Below are positions 22,294 to 35,558 of a stretch of DNA of 64,000 nt, piece by piece; position 1 is the first letter of the stretch, and each line of letters opens with the position of its first letter. The notes under the pieces are model-generated. The model worked only from the letters and a program-made list of their open reading frames with translations, ran no database searches and was not told where the DNA came from. A program made the translations under genes and the position numbers. The stretch comes from Paramoeba atlantica (lineage: Eukaryota; Protista; Discosea): positions 1 to 64,000 of the forward strand of contig CDRNVI010000079.1 in NCBI GenBank assembly GCA_977017575.1, given 5' to 3'.

Positions 22294-23991
22294 GTCATCC
22301 CGCTTCCGCTTAACATCTAATCTTCAGCGAAAAATCGCGTTCTTCGGTGGGAGCGTTCTCCGGATGAGTAGATATAGTGTATTGTCACACGTTGTGGTTC
22401 CATGGAACACGGAACACCGTTGTAAGTATATACAATGGAATGGTATCTTCCGTTAAAGGTTCTTTTGTCACATCGGAACCCTACAAACCGGGAGATACCA
22501 TTCCTGTTTTGTGGTGGTTTGACAAAGGTTCTTTCGCACATTCTGATCCGTCCTTTGCCTCTTCACCCTTGAATTGTCCGTTTCTCCTGTTAAAGCTCTC
22601 TTGTATTTGATACCGGGGGTACTTTTTTCCCTGTGAATAATGTCTTTCGAATGCTGCGAAATTGTCGTTCCTCAAATAATGCAGCGGTATTTCATTGGAA
22701 CACTGGCGATTACTGGGCGGGCGTTTCATAACGACTTGGCGCTCTGTTCAGCGCTTCCAGCCGACCGATAATGAAAAATGTGTCGTTCGTTTATCTAATG
22801 TGTCGTTCGTTTATGTGGGCAGTCTCTCATCATACATACGACTGTATGATATGTATGTATGATCCGGGGAGCGGCACGTAAAACATAATGGTCGGCTTCC
22901 GTGGGGAGATGCACTGTAGTTTCCATACGAAAAATGTTGTGGTCGAAACTGTTGAAGCCTCCGATTTCCTGAAAACGTTCAGTATCGGCTGCATATCTTT
23001 TCGCTCTCATTCAGTTGGTCAGTACGTATTGACGCGGAAGGGTGAAAAGGATAAAGTGAATGAAAAAGTGAAGGGTTCAATGTACAGGGTTCAATGTACG
23101 GTACGGTGAGAACCCATTTTCGTGTCTCGTGTCGACTCTCGGTTACTACGCAGAAGCACAATCATAGACCGTTCATCAAGTACATGAATAAATACATGGT
23201 ATTATTGGTATACGGCCGTGATGGAGGCTTGAGCCTAAATTCCCGTTGTCGAGATTCATCTATCTGAACCTCAACCTCTCTGAGGTCTATTTCATTTTCA
23301 TGAAGTCTTCCTCCAAAAAGCGCTTCTCTTGTTCAATAATGAGGTCTATAGCTCCTTCGTGCTTTAGAATATTACAGCACCGTTCGACTGAACTTGGAAC
23401 AGCTCTACCTTTCGCACATACTTTGTACTCTACGAATTTCGCTACCGTTGGAACTTTCTGTGCCAGGTACTATACAGAAGTAAATTCGCCCATTACCCAT
23501 CGTGTCACACCGCCAAGCTTAGGAGTCTCACATGCACATGTCGTTTTCGCTTTCTCGAGTTCCTCCAAGATGTGGGGCACTAATATTGTGAGGGCTGTGT
23601 GCTTTTCTGTATGTGTTTTTTCCGAGCTCAGCGTGAAGTGAAACCGCGAGACGCGGGACGTAACGCTTTAACAGATAAAGCATTAAACATATAAATTTAT
23701 GTCGCCTGAAGGAGTGGAGCTTATGGAACGTGTCATTGTGTTTAGTTTCTTCCCCCCTTTATTATGATTCGCCCCGCTTTAATGTGCACAAACTCCAAAA
23801 CAGTGTGCATATTAAAGGGGGGGCGCAGTACTGCGTTCCTCTTTATACATGTATGTTTATACATGTATGTTTGCTATTTTTGTTCACTTTTACTTCATTA
23901 AGCAAGGTTGGAGCTGTAGTTATAATTATTCGCAATAATTCCTCATGGGGGGGGTGAATCTTCAACTTGGTTAATCAAGAACCCTTGCATA

Positions 23992-24801
23992 ATGTATGTT
24001 TTTTGCATTGATGACGAATCCGATTTGCGTCGGGGTAAAGTGACCTCTCTGCTACTACCCCAAGAGGATATGTTGGAACGATTTATTTCGAACCTAACTA
24101 AAACGCATAAATCCTGGCGCACAACAACAAAACAAATGTTTGGACGTGTCAAACGTGTATCGGTATGCCAATGGCGGGGTGTGGCATGTCACAAAGATCA
24201 AACAGTGAGCCAAATTGAATGGTTTTCAATGAAACTTTCTGGCACCTTACAGTGGGAGTTCTTGCCGTATACGTTGCAATGTTGTAACCTTGTCAATAAC
24301 AGACTAGGCGGCTCTCTTCAACTTGACATATTGCCAGCACAACTTACATATTTAACACTATCGGTGAACACCTTTATCGGTGAGTTAAACTTAACCCAAT
24401 TGCCAAACACATTGCACACACTTGAGTTGCGTGACAACCAATTTGAAGGAAGTGTTAATCTCACGAATCTGTGTTCTGCGTTGAAGTTTTTATACCTTCA
24501 CGAAAATAAACTTTCTGGTGCCGTCGATCTTTCTCACCTGCCGAAGAATTTACAATACTTACAATTGTCCAGGAACAGACTTACAGGATCGCTTTCCTTG
24601 CAGCACTTACCTTCATCGCTGACGTATTTTCTTTCGGATCACAACTGTTTCTCCGGTTTAGTTGTGTTTGGCTGTCTTCCTGAAAACTTGCAGTTTTTGT
24701 CAATGAGCAACAACGTGGGCCTTTACGGCGAGATTGATTCGTCTGTTCTTCCGAAGACTTTACAACTTGACTTCTGCAATACCAACATTCGCTATAAGTA
24801 A
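23992..24801 (+). CDS. Short LRR-family protein
   Basis: DLRRGKVTSLLLPQEDML leader, CQWRGVAC cap, LPxxLxxLxLxxN repeats. Confidence 0.88.
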   Translation: MYVFCIDDESDLRRGKVTSLLLPQEDMLERFISNLTKTHKSWRTTTKQMFGRVKRVSVCQWRGVACHKDQTVSQIEWFSMKLSGTLQWEFLPYTLQCCNLVNNRLGGSLQLDILPAQLTYLTLSVNTFIGELNLTQLPNTLHTLELRDNQFEGSVNLTNLCSALKFLYLHENKLSGAVDLSHLPKNLQYLQLSRNRLTGSLSLQHLPSSLTYFLSDHNCFSGLVVFGCLPENLQFLSMSNNVGLYGEIDSSVLPKTLQLDFCNTNIRYK

Positions 24802-25754
24802 AACAGTGAAAAATATGAAAGTGAAAACGAAGAGCCATTTTCAGAACCCGACCACAAGGGTCTACTGATAGGAGTAGGGCGTTTTTCAACACTCTCACTC
24901 CCTCTACCCTCCCTAAATCCTCCAGTGCTCATTCTTCCAAACCTTTTTTTGTCCCAATACTTATTTTTATCTCTCTTCTTCATTTTTTTATCTCTCTTCT
25001 TCATGTTTTGAATTCAATCCAAAACGATTGGCCGTTCGATTTACGCGATCTTCCGATGCAACGACGTCCCATTCCTCCATCCCCTCCCCTCACACAGTTC
25101 CATTCTATACGACACGATGAAAAAAAAGAAAATGATGAAAAAGGAAAGGAAGACGAAGGGAATGCGCTTCCCGTGTTGGTTCTGCGCACACGAGTTCGCC
25201 TGGAGGGCCCCGAGGGCTCCGGCCCTCACGTGTCGTGGGCGCCCGATGTCGTGGAACGGAAAAACCAGAAAACATCAAAGAAATGCTGCGTGTTCCATCC
25301 CGCATGGAAATTGTCGAATCACGAAATAGAGAACAGCGACCAGGAGGAGGAGGAGGAGCGCATGGGGAAGAATCAAAAGGAAAGAATGCCGGATGTTGAA
25401 GGGCGAGCCCATCCGGTGTGCTCTAGGGCGGCTTGCTTCTGTGATACTACGCTGCCGTGAATCTTCGGTTCGTTGTTCTTTTCGCTTGTTTCTCGTATTG
25501 TAGCTTGCAGTTCTTTTGTCAAGTCTTCCTACTTCAGTGTTTGTAGGGTAACTTTAGCATGGGAAACATTAATTAACCCTTTTTTGTCTCCTACTTCTAC
25601 AGATTTTCCTTTTTTGTTGCGATTAGTGAAAAGGTGGAAGAGTACATGCAGTCTAAATCTACGTCCCTTCCCCCCACCCCCCATCCCGTCAATACTTCGC
25701 ATTCCTGTTCTGGCACTGAGATAAGGAGGTACATTGTCTTTTTTCTATTTTGTA

Positions 25755-26384
25755 AAGGGGGGGTACACCCACTATTGGCAAACTGTTTTGCCAATAGTGG
25801 GTGGTTTTTACCCCCTTTGTCCAATAGTGGGTGATTTTTAATTCTGATCACCCACTCTTGGACAAAGGGGTTTTACAAACGCATTCAAAATTCCTCTTTT
25901 ACCGCAACGATTTCGACAAATTGTTCTATTTCTTCTACTGAAAACCCCCGAAGGCCCCCGACGTGCGGACACCCACCCCCTACGCCATATGCGCCTCCTG
26001 TGGAGGCTCCCGAGCCAAATCTCTCTTACTGGGGGATCTCTTACTGGGGGGTGTAAGGTAGTAGGAAAATCGTTGTGACATTTCTCGTCATCTTCGAAAT
26101 CGGACGCAAAATCACTTTCGATGTCAGAGTACACTTCTACACCGATATCACCTGAGTTATCACTTAATTTATAATTTACTATTCCTTTATGGCGGCAGCC
26201 TTCAAGGTGTCCATTAGTTGCTACTAATTAGAAAGTTGCTACATTTAGAAATTCCATCTTAACAAATTTTGAGGTAATTAATTATTTACCAATAGTGGGT
26301 GAGTTTTCCAATAGTGGGTGATTTCCAAGAGTGGGTGATTTTCAAGAGTGGGTGATTGCCAATAGTGGGTGTACCCCCCTTTTA
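25755..26384. mobile_element. MITE with TIRs (aaagggggggta)cacccactattggcaa and ccaatagtgggtg subterminal repeats
   Basis: Inverted match between 25755-25782 and 26356-26384; several ccaatagtgggtg/caagagtgggtg copies inside both ends. Confidence 0.75.
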
Positions 26385-26509
26385 GTGTAGCAGCATTTAG
26401 AAATCTCGTTTTTGGACGGCAGGGAGATTGGAGACCGCAGCGAGATCGTACTGAATCCCCACCCGCAGCCCCTCAGATGGTAGCGAACGTACACCGGTTC
26501 GCAATCTTA

Positions 26510-26600
26510 CAGTCCTAAGTCGTCTCCAAACCAAAGTTAACTTTGTGTATACTGCAACGTAAGCCCCGTGACAATCGCTTATTGAAAACGTATCGCCCTA
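26510..26600 (+). repeat. Dispersed ~95-bp repeat; second copy at ~28587-28680
   Basis: cagtcctaagtcgtctccaaac...tttgtgtatactgc...gacaatcgcttatt shared. Confidence 0.75.
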
Positions 26601-26774
26601 CTCTAACTAGAGAATTAGTGTACTATCACTGCAGGAAAAGAAAACAAAATTAATATCCAATATTACACCCCCCGTTCTACGATACCTTGTTCACACGTTT
26701 TAAGTACTCTGAACACATTTTTTGGCCGCTACTTTTTTGTTTCTACTTTTTGGGGCGAAGTGCTTCTTTCATGT

Positions 26775-26835
26775 AGCTTGCCATCATGGCTCGAATGTTA
26801 TCCACAGGGTTCAGGTCAGGATACTTAGGAAGCCT
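26775..26835 (-). pseudogene. Tc1 DDE remnant
   Basis: My translation LPKYPDLNPVDNI resembles WP..SPDLNPIEN. Confidence 0.4.
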
Positions 26836-27334
26836 CCTAAGTGCCTGTGGAACATCTGTGACTTTGTGATGGTGTGCGTCGGGGCGTCATCCGGGTGAAG
26901 TACCGCGTGTCTGTGATCGCGAATGTATCGTACAAAACCGATGTCTTTCGAAGCCTCCATGGGTAGCAATGTGTCGCGTCCATAACATACTCCCCGTCAT
27001 TAATAATGATTATCTTAAAAAAATCCAGGTATAAAGGGGCGAGGGCAACAGATGGATGCAACAGGTGTAGCAGATTCCCAATGAAAGGAAATCGTATCTC
27101 CCTGCACGAAGTTGGCTCCAAGCTAGCAAGCGCATTGGTAGGCATTTCTCGTGCAGGGAGATGCGATTTCTTTTCAGTGGTAATCTTCTACATCTGTTGC
27201 TTCGTATCTCCCTCGCCCCTTTATACCTGAATTCTACAAAAACAGTTTCGTCGTATCAATCAGTAAAATTCGTGGGCGTTCTCGCAGCAATAATTGCCAA
27301 CACAATGCCAATCTTCTTCTAAAAAGTGGCTTCT

Positions 27335-27480
27335 GGCAAAGTGGTCAGTTGGCCACCTCCTAAAAGAGTGACCACCTGGCCATCCTCTGAAAAAGTGACC
27401 ATCTGGCCACCCCCTGAAAAAGTGTCCACCTGGCCACCCCCTGAAATTGTGCCAGGGGGTGGCCAGCTGGCCACCTTTTC
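27335..27480 (+). repeat. ~28-bp minisatellite (aaaagtgaccatctggccaccccctg), about four copies plus an inverted one
   Basis: Direct inspection. Confidence 0.75.
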
Positions 27481-28326
27481 AAGGCCGAGAAAATCATACC
27501 TTTTTTTCGTTTATTTGGTATGCCGTCGGCGAGTGAAATGTGTTTCAAAAAAAAGATAGTTCTGGAAGTTAGTTAAGGAGCTCAAAAATATTCCCCAAAC
27601 TTTGAAACAGCTGTAGTCTGTCAATTTTGGGAACGTAATCAAGCATCTTTTTTTCGGATTTGAAATGTTCGTCTCTGAGTCGCACTCCGAGTCGCGTTTT
27701 TGGTAAAAGGGTTCTAAAAACTGCTTACTGTACTCGATTTTTTTCATTTTTGGAGTATTACAGATTGATTAATGAGCCATACCCCTGTTTTTAAAATTTC
27801 AAAAAAAATGTTTTTGTGCTCGTTTTATGCCCATTTCGGGTTCGCGGAATTAACCTTAGTAAGCGAGTTAGATACTCACCGTATCTCCCTCAATATCATT
27901 CTATGTGGTGAAAACTCTTAAAAAATTATCAACTTATTTTCGTGCACGCAGGATTTTCGTATATTATTTTTGTGTCTCAAAAAAACTTTTCTTTGAACTA
28001 AAAAAGTATCAACTTATTTTCATGTTTTAGACCGCATTTTAGTATTTTTCCATGACTTCTCGATCACTGAAAAAGAAGCGCCCATTAGAAGAATCGGGTT
28101 CTATTGAAACGTTTACAAGCTTTGGGGAACGGCCTTCCAAGTGGACTGCGGCAGACAGAAGCTACACTAGGTCATTAATAATGATAATGATAATAATAAT
28201 TTCAAAGAAAATCTTTCTTGAGGATTATCATCATCATTATTAATGATGGGTAGTAACCCTCGGTAAAGGGGCCGCCCATTACGACTACAATTGAACGTTT
28301 TTTCATCGATTTATATTTAACTTTTC

Positions 28327-28440
28327 GGCACTTTGCAGTGGAAGTTCTTGCCGTACACGACGCAGTTTTTTGGGCTGTACAATAATGAACTAGGAGGATC
28401 GCCTCAACTTGACATGCTTCCATTACAACTTATGTTGTAA
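28327..28440 (+). pseudogene. LRR-family gene fragment
   Basis: My translation GTLQWKFLPYTTQFFGLYNNELGGSPQLDMLP matches GTLQWEFLPYTL...NRLGGSPQLDTLP in 49815..50597. Confidence 0.75.
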
Positions 28441-29022
28441 TGCGTTGTGTTCTCCGGAACAAACATTCGTTATAAATAATACAATGTATGGAATGCGTTA
28501 CTATTCGGTCCACACGCGAAGGCTTGGTAAAAGGGCCTTCCAAAAGTTTTTGGGGGAACGACCGTCCCTTTTGACCCTAAATTATTCAGTCCTAAGTCGT
28601 CTCCAAACAAACGTTTACTTTGTGTATACTGCCACGTAGGTCCCATGACAATCGCTTATTTAAAAATTATCGCCCTATTCCCTATTTTTCTGTTTACGAA
28701 ACAAATGGATATACACCCCCTTTCATTCGTAATGATAATTGAAAAAAGATTTTCACCTCGAACTGTGAAAATTACTCAAAAAATATCAAAAATAATTCAT
28801 TCTATCATAACTCCTCCGTGACAGCTCGAGGTTTTTTCCGTCATCTCTTTATTCTTGTCTTGTTTTTTCCTTCGTAGACGTAAGTAACCCCCCCCCTCGC
28901 TTATATACACTGTATACACTTACGGTTATACACTTATACTACTGTATAAATAATTTACACACTTACACTTATCTATCCAATATAAGATAGATCTCGTTGA
29001 CATCTAGGAAGAAAGAGGAAGA

Positions 29023-31568
29023 AAGACCTTGTTTACCCGTCTGCAAGACGAAAACATCTGACGTTAGTGGGAATCAATTTGCGAAGCCCAACAATTCCAC
29101 CATACCCAACCCGTAATAAAGCCAAGACCTTGTTTACCCGTCTGCACGATAACATCTGACGTTAGTGGGAAGCAATTTGCGAAGCCCAACAATTCCACCA
29201 TACCGAACCCGTAATAAAGCCAAGACCTTTACCCGTCTGCAAGACGAAAACGTCTGACGTTAGTGGGAAGCAATTTGCGAAGCCCAACAATTCCACCATA
29301 CCCAACCCGTAATAAAGCCAAGACCTTGTTTACCCGTCTCCGAGACGAAAACGTCTGACGTTAGTGGGGAGTATTATGCGAAGCCCAACAATTCCACCAT
29401 ACCCAACCCGTAATAATGCCAAGACCTTGTTTACCCGTCTGCAAGACGAAAACGTCTGACGTTAGTGGGAAGCAATTTGCGAAGCCCAACAATTCCACCA
29501 TACCCAACCCGTAATAAAGCCAAGACCTTGTTTACCCGTCTGCACGATAACATCTGACGTTAGTGGGAAGCAATTTGCGAAGCCCAACAATTCCACCATA
29601 CCGAACCCGTAATAAAGCCAAGACCTTTACCCGTCTGCAAGACGAAAACGTCTGACGTTAGTGGGAAGCAATTTGCGAAGCCCAACAATTCCACCATACC
29701 CAACCCGTAATAAAGCCAAGACCTTGTTTACCCGTCTCCGAGACGAAAACGTCTGACGTTAGTGGGGAGTATTATGCGAAGCCCAACAATTCCACCATAC
29801 CCAACCCGTAATAAAGCCAAGACCTTGTTTACCCGTCTCCGAGACGAAAACGTCTGACGTTAGTGGGGAGTATTATGCGAAGCCCAACAATTCCACCATA
29901 CCCAACCCGTAATAATGCCAAGACCTTGTTTACCCGTCTGCAAGACGAAAACGTCTGACGTTAGTGGGAAGCAATTTGCGAAGCCCAACAATTCCACCAT
30001 ACCCAACCCGTAATAAAGCCAAGACCTTGTTTACCCGTCTCCGAGACGAAAACGTCTGACGTTAGTGGGGAGTATTATGCGAAGCCCAACAATTCCACCA
30101 TACCCAACCCGTAATAATGCCAAGACCTTGTTTACCCGTCTCCGAGACGAAAACGTCTGACGTTAGTGGGAAGCAATTTGCGAAGCCCAACAATTCCACC
30201 ATACCCAACCCGTAATAAAGCCAAGACCTTGTTTACCCGTCTGCACGATAACATCTGACGTTAGTGGGAAGCAATTTGCGAAGCCCAACAATTCCACCAT
30301 ACCGAACCCGTAATAAAGCCAAGACCTTCTTTACCCGTCTGCACGATAACAACGTCTGACGTTAGTGGGAAGCAATTTGCGAAGCCCAACAATTCCACCA
30401 TACCCAACCCGTAATAAAGCCAAGACCTTGTTTACCCGTCTGCACGATAACATCTGACGTTAGTGGGAAGCAATTTGCGAAGCCCAACAATTCCACCATA
30501 CCGAACCCGTAATAAAGCCAAGACCTTCTCTACCCGTCTGCACGATAACAACGTCTGACGTTAGTGGGAAGCAATTTGCGAAGCCCAACAATTCCACCAT
30601 ACCCAACCCGTAATAAAGCCAAGACCTTGTTTACCCGTCTCCGAGACGAAAACGTCTGACGTTAGTGGGAAGCAATTTGCGAAGCCCAACAATTCCACCA
30701 TACCCAACCCGTAATTAAGCCAAGACCTTGTTTACCCATCTGCACGATAACATCTGACGTTAGTGGGAAGCAATTTGCGAAGGCCAACAATTCCACCATA
30801 CCCAACCCGTAATAAAGCCAAGACCTTGTTTACCCGTCTCCGAGACGAAAACGTCTGACGTTAGTGGGAAGCAATTTGCGAAGCCCAACAATTCCACCGT
30901 ACACGTGGTTCACTGACGTTCGTGGGAAGCAATTTGCGAAGGCCAACAATTCCACCATACCCAACCCGTAATAAAGCCAAGACCTTGTTTACCCGTCTGC
31001 AAGACGAAAACGTCTGACGTTAGTGGGAAGCAATTTGCGAAGCCCAACAATTCCACCATAACCAACCCGTAATAAAACGAAGACCTTGTTTACCCGTCTG
31101 CGAGACGAAAACGTCTGACGTTAGTGGGAAGCAATTTGCGAAGCCCAACAATTCCACCATACCCAACCCGTAATAAAGCCAAGACCTTGTTTACCCGTCT
31201 CCAAGACGAAAGCGTTTGACGTTAGTGGGAAGTACTATGCGAAGCATAACAATTCCACCATACCCAACCCGTAATAATGCCAAGACCTTGTTTACCCGTC
31301 TGCAAGACGAAAACGTTTGACGTTAGTGGGAAGTATTATGCGAAGCATAACAATTCCACCATACCCAACCCGTAATAATGCCAAGACCTTGTTTACCCGT
31401 CTCCAAGACGAAAACATCTGACGTTAGTGGGAAGCAATTTGCGAAGCCCAACAATTCCACCATACCCAACCCATAATAAAGCCAAGACCTTGTTTACCCG
31501 TCTCCAAGACGAAAACGTTTGACGTTAGTGGGAAGTATTATGCGAAGCATAACAATTCCACCATACCC
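29023..31568. repeat. Satellite array A, ~101-bp unit, ~25 copies
   Basis: Unit ccaagaccttgtttacccgtctgcaagacgaaaacgtctgacgttagtgggaagcaatttgcgaagcccaacaattccaccatacccaacccgtaataaag (e.g. 29419 to 29520). Confidence 0.97.
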
Positions 31569-32863
31569 GCGTTCGCAAGGACGCTCAACACTCTGTCATG
31601 TCGATACGTGTAGCGTCCTTGGTCTAAGGATGTCCTGCAACCTGAGAGCAGGTGCCTTAAGGTTTCGGGTTCTGAGTTGCAGATACGGCAAGACACACTA
31701 TTTGCACCATTCTTCCCCCATGTTCTGAGCATGGTCCGGGTAGGAAGTGGGGCATCACATGTGTAGCGAATCTGCTCAGTGAAGTGCTCCTAAGGCCGTT
31801 AATGGCAGCTGCAAAATCTTTCGCCTGATCTTCCTCCGTGTTCGTGTCCCACCACTGTATGGCAACCGTGGTGCGGCGTCGCAGAGCGTTAATCATACGC
31901 TCCTCGTTCAGGTCAACGAGAGTTTTCCTGGCGCGAGATCGGTCGTTCAAGCAGTGCGTTATGTGAGTTGCGGGCCGTATTTGTCCTTTCAAGCGTCTCT
32001 CCTCTTCTTCCCGTATTTTGTTCCGAAGCACAGCTGCGGCAGCCGGATCTTTGGATTTCTTTAACTGGCACATAAGGTCTGCAGTACATTCATGCCACAG
32101 TTGCGACAGGCTCCTCAGTCCCCAGCCGCGCGATGAGTAAATTGCTTCGGGACTAGAGCCACGCGCCACGTTAATCCAACGCCGCAGGAAGTTGGTACAG
32201 AGTTTCTGGAGTCGGAGGACAAAGTTCATAGTGATGCACGGGTGGATCGTAAGCGAGAAGCGCAAGCGGGAGATAATGGCATGCTGATATATCCATAGTC
32301 GCGAAGGGAGGTCGTGGGCGCTCTTATCGATGTTTCTGAGCCATGACTTAATGAAAGGACGTAGCTTCATGAACAGCGCACGGGACTGTTGTGCTCCAGG
32401 GGCGATGGTCATGCCCAGAAAGGTGCTACCTGCATCACAGATTTGGGGAATGGGAATGTGATTGACCAGAATTTGTGAACGGCGTGTCATGTAACCTGGG
32501 TGTTCATCGTCCGGTCGCACGGCCATGCATTGTACCCTACTCTTTTTCACTTTTATAGATAAACCTATTTTGCGGAGGATTGAGGATAGGGCTCCAAATG
32601 CGATTTGTGACTCCTTCGGGTTGGTGGTGAGGACCGTGAGATCGTCAGCGTAGGCCTTTATAAAGCAATTCGCATTTGCCTAGCAGATCGAGTCCGTACG
32701 CGGGAAAGTTAAGTGTCATATAACGCACTACTTCCATGACGATAAGGAATAGAGACGGGGAGAGGGTGTCGACTTGGAGTACCCCACATTGCATAGGAAT
32801 TGTAGAGGAGAGACCTTCATAACACTTTATTTGCGTAGACGCTCCGTTATATAAACTACTGAG
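31569..32863 (-). mobile_element. RLE retrotransposon family 2, doubly truncated copy (RT C-half to CCHC/RHD)
   Basis: Near-identical to 34264-35558 at offset 2695. Confidence 0.9.
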
Positions 32864-33729
32864 GTTAGTGGGAAGCAATTTGCGAAGCCCAACAATTCCA
32901 CCATACCCAACCCGTAATAAAGCCAAGACCTTGTTTACCCGTCTGCAAGACGAAAACGTCTGACGTTAGTGGGAAGCAATTTGCGAAGCCCAACAATTCC
33001 ACCATACCCAACCCGTAATAAAGCCAAGACCTTGTTTACCCGTCTGCACGATAACAACGTCTGACGTTCGTGGGAAGCAATTTGCGAAGCCCAGCAATTC
33101 CACCGTACACGTAGTTCACTGACGTTCGTGGGAAGCAATTTGCGAAGCATAACAATTTCACCTTACCCAACCCGTAATAAAGCCAAGACCTTGTTTACCC
33201 GTCTGCAAGACGAAAACGTCTGACGTTAGTGGGAAGCAATTTGCGAAGCATAACAATTCCACCATACCCAACCCGTAATAAAACCAAGACCTTGTTTATC
33301 CGTCTGCACGATAACAACGTCTGACGTTCGTGGGAAGCAATTTGCGAAGCCCAACAATTCCACCGTACACGTGGTTCACTGACGTTCGTGGGAAGCAATT
33401 TGCGAAGCATAACAATTTCACCGTACCCAACCCGTAATAGCCAAGACCTTGTTTACCGTCTGCAAGACGAAAACGTCTGACGTTAGTGGGAAGCAATTTG
33501 CGAAGCATAACAATTCCACCATACCCAACCCGTAATAAAACGAAGACCTTGTTTACCCGTCTGCAAGACGAAAACGTCTGACGTTAGTGGGAAGCAATTT
33601 GCGAAGCCCAACAATTCCACCGTACACGTGGTTCACTGACGTTAGTGGGAAGCAATTTGCGAAGCCCAACAATTCCACCATACCCAACCCATAATAAAGC
33701 CAAGACCTTGTTTACCCGTCTGCAAGACG
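32864..33729. repeat. Satellite array B (same unit, with ~49-bp insertion variants)
   Basis: Direct inspection. Confidence 0.95.
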
Positions 33730-35558
33730 TATTTATTCAATACAGAATCATATTTAGATTTGCAGAGGTAAATTTCTACCTATGCTACGGTCGCATACGA
33801 CGACCCCGCATAGGCTGTTTTACTAGCCTAGCCGCCCCCTTTCCAGTCGGGTGATTCCCGGTTTAGCCAAATAACAAAGCTACTACGAATTGCTTCGCGT
33901 ATGGCTTCAAGTTGGCATTCCGTGGACAGCCCTTTGTCACTCCCAAAAAGGCGGGCTACCTGCCGAAGAGGGGAAGCCGGCAATCCTCTTACACCCACCT
34001 CCATACACAGCAGATGTGTGTTCGGGTGGTCCATCCTGCGGCGATGCAATATATTCTGATATTTTTCCGTTTTGCGGCAGTGTGCCTCCGCGATGTTGTC
34101 TGTCCAGGGTACGGTCAGTTCAACGATAAATTCAGTTCCATCGTGAAGCCTGACCAGGCCATCTGGACGCAGAGTGATTTCTAGGTCTGCCCACCAGCTT
34201 GGGAGGTTACGGAGGCCCTCGAGGTCGAATGAGGCCCAGGAGGTGTTGGGGGAGCCGACGATCGCGTTCGCAAGGACGCTCAACACTCTGTCATGTCGAT
34301 ACGTGTAGCGTCCTTGGTCTAAGGATGTCCTGCAACCTGAGAGCAGGTGCCTTAAGGTTTCGGGTTCTGAGTTGCAGATACGGCAAGACACACTATTTGC
34401 ACCATTCTTCCCCCATGTTCTGAGCATGGTCCGGGTAGGAAGTGGGGCATCACATGTGTAGCGAATCTGCTCAGTGAAGTGCTCCTAAGGCCGTTAATGG
34501 CAGCTGCAAAATCTTTCGCCTGATCTTCCTCCGTGTTCGTGTCCCACCACTGTATGGCAACCGTGGTGCGGCGTCGCAGAGCGTTAATCATACGCTCCTC
34601 GTTCAGGTCAACGAGAGTTTTCCTGGGGCGAGATCGGTCGTTCAAGCAGTGCGTTATGTGAGTTGCGGGCCGTATTTGTCCTTTCAAGCGTCTCTCCTCT
34701 TCTTCCCGTATTTTGTTCCGAAGCACAGCTGCGGCAGCCGGATCTTTGGATTTCTTTAACTGGCACATAAGGTCTGCAGTACATTCATGCCACAGTTGCG
34801 ACAGGCTCCTCAGTCCCCAGCCGCGCGATGAGTAAATTGCTTCGGGACTAGAGCCACGCGCCACGTTAATCCAACGCCGCAGGAAGTTGGTACAGAGTTT
34901 CTGGAGTCGGAGGACAAAGTTCATAGTGATGCACGGGTGGATCGTAAGCGAGAAGCGCAAGCGGGAGATAATGGCATGCTGATATATCCATAGTCGCGAA
35001 GGGAGGTCGTGGGCGCTCTTATCGATGTTTCTGAGCCATGACTTAATGAAAGGACGTAGCTTCATGAACAGCGCACGGGACTGTTGTGCTCCAGGGGCGA
35101 TGGTCATGCCCAGAAAGGTGCTACCTGCATCACAGATTTGGGGAATGGGAATGTGATTGACCAGAATTTGTGAACGGCGTGTCATGTAACCTGGGTGTTC
35201 ATCGTCCGGTCGCACGGCCATGCATTGTACCCTACTCTTTTTCACTTTTATAGATAAACCTATTTTGCGGAGGATTGAGGATAGGGCTCCAAATGCGATT
35301 TGTGACTCCTTCGGGTTGGTGGTGAGGACCGTGAGATCGTCAGCGTAGGCCTTTATAAAGCAATTCGCATTTGCCTAGCAGATCGAGTCCGTACGCGGGA
35401 AAGTTAAGTGTCATATAACGCACTACTTCCATGACGATAAGGAATAGAGACGGGGAGAGGGTGTCGACTTGGAGTACCCCACATTGCATAGGAATTGTAG
35501 AGGAGAGACCTTCATAACACTTTATTTGCGTAGACGCTCCGTTATATAAACTACTGAG
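33730..35558 (-). mobile_element. RLE retrotransposon family 2, 5'-truncated, intact 3' end
   Basis: LYNGASTQIKC...GVLQVDTLSP, frameshifted KAYADD, CRIC...RHLLSGC, RHD, RPDG, ELTVPW, KTEKY; ~100-bp 3' UTR. Confidence 0.9.

Noticed and set aside
23246-23641. hAT remnant on the minus strand (PKLGGVTRW)
   Set aside because: Only one short motif, with a stop nearby; insufficient support.
24792-25460. Lys/Glu-rich short ORFs
   Set aside because: They arise from purine/pyrimidine-skewed low-complexity sequence; no domain signal.
29023-31568. Satellite as a spliced-leader RNA gene array (minus strand has ACTAACG...GT and aattgttgg)
   Set aside because: It lacks the conserved GTTTCTGTACT exon core, a T-tract terminator and any intergenic spacer; the resemblance is only a few bases. 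An Infernal search would settle it.
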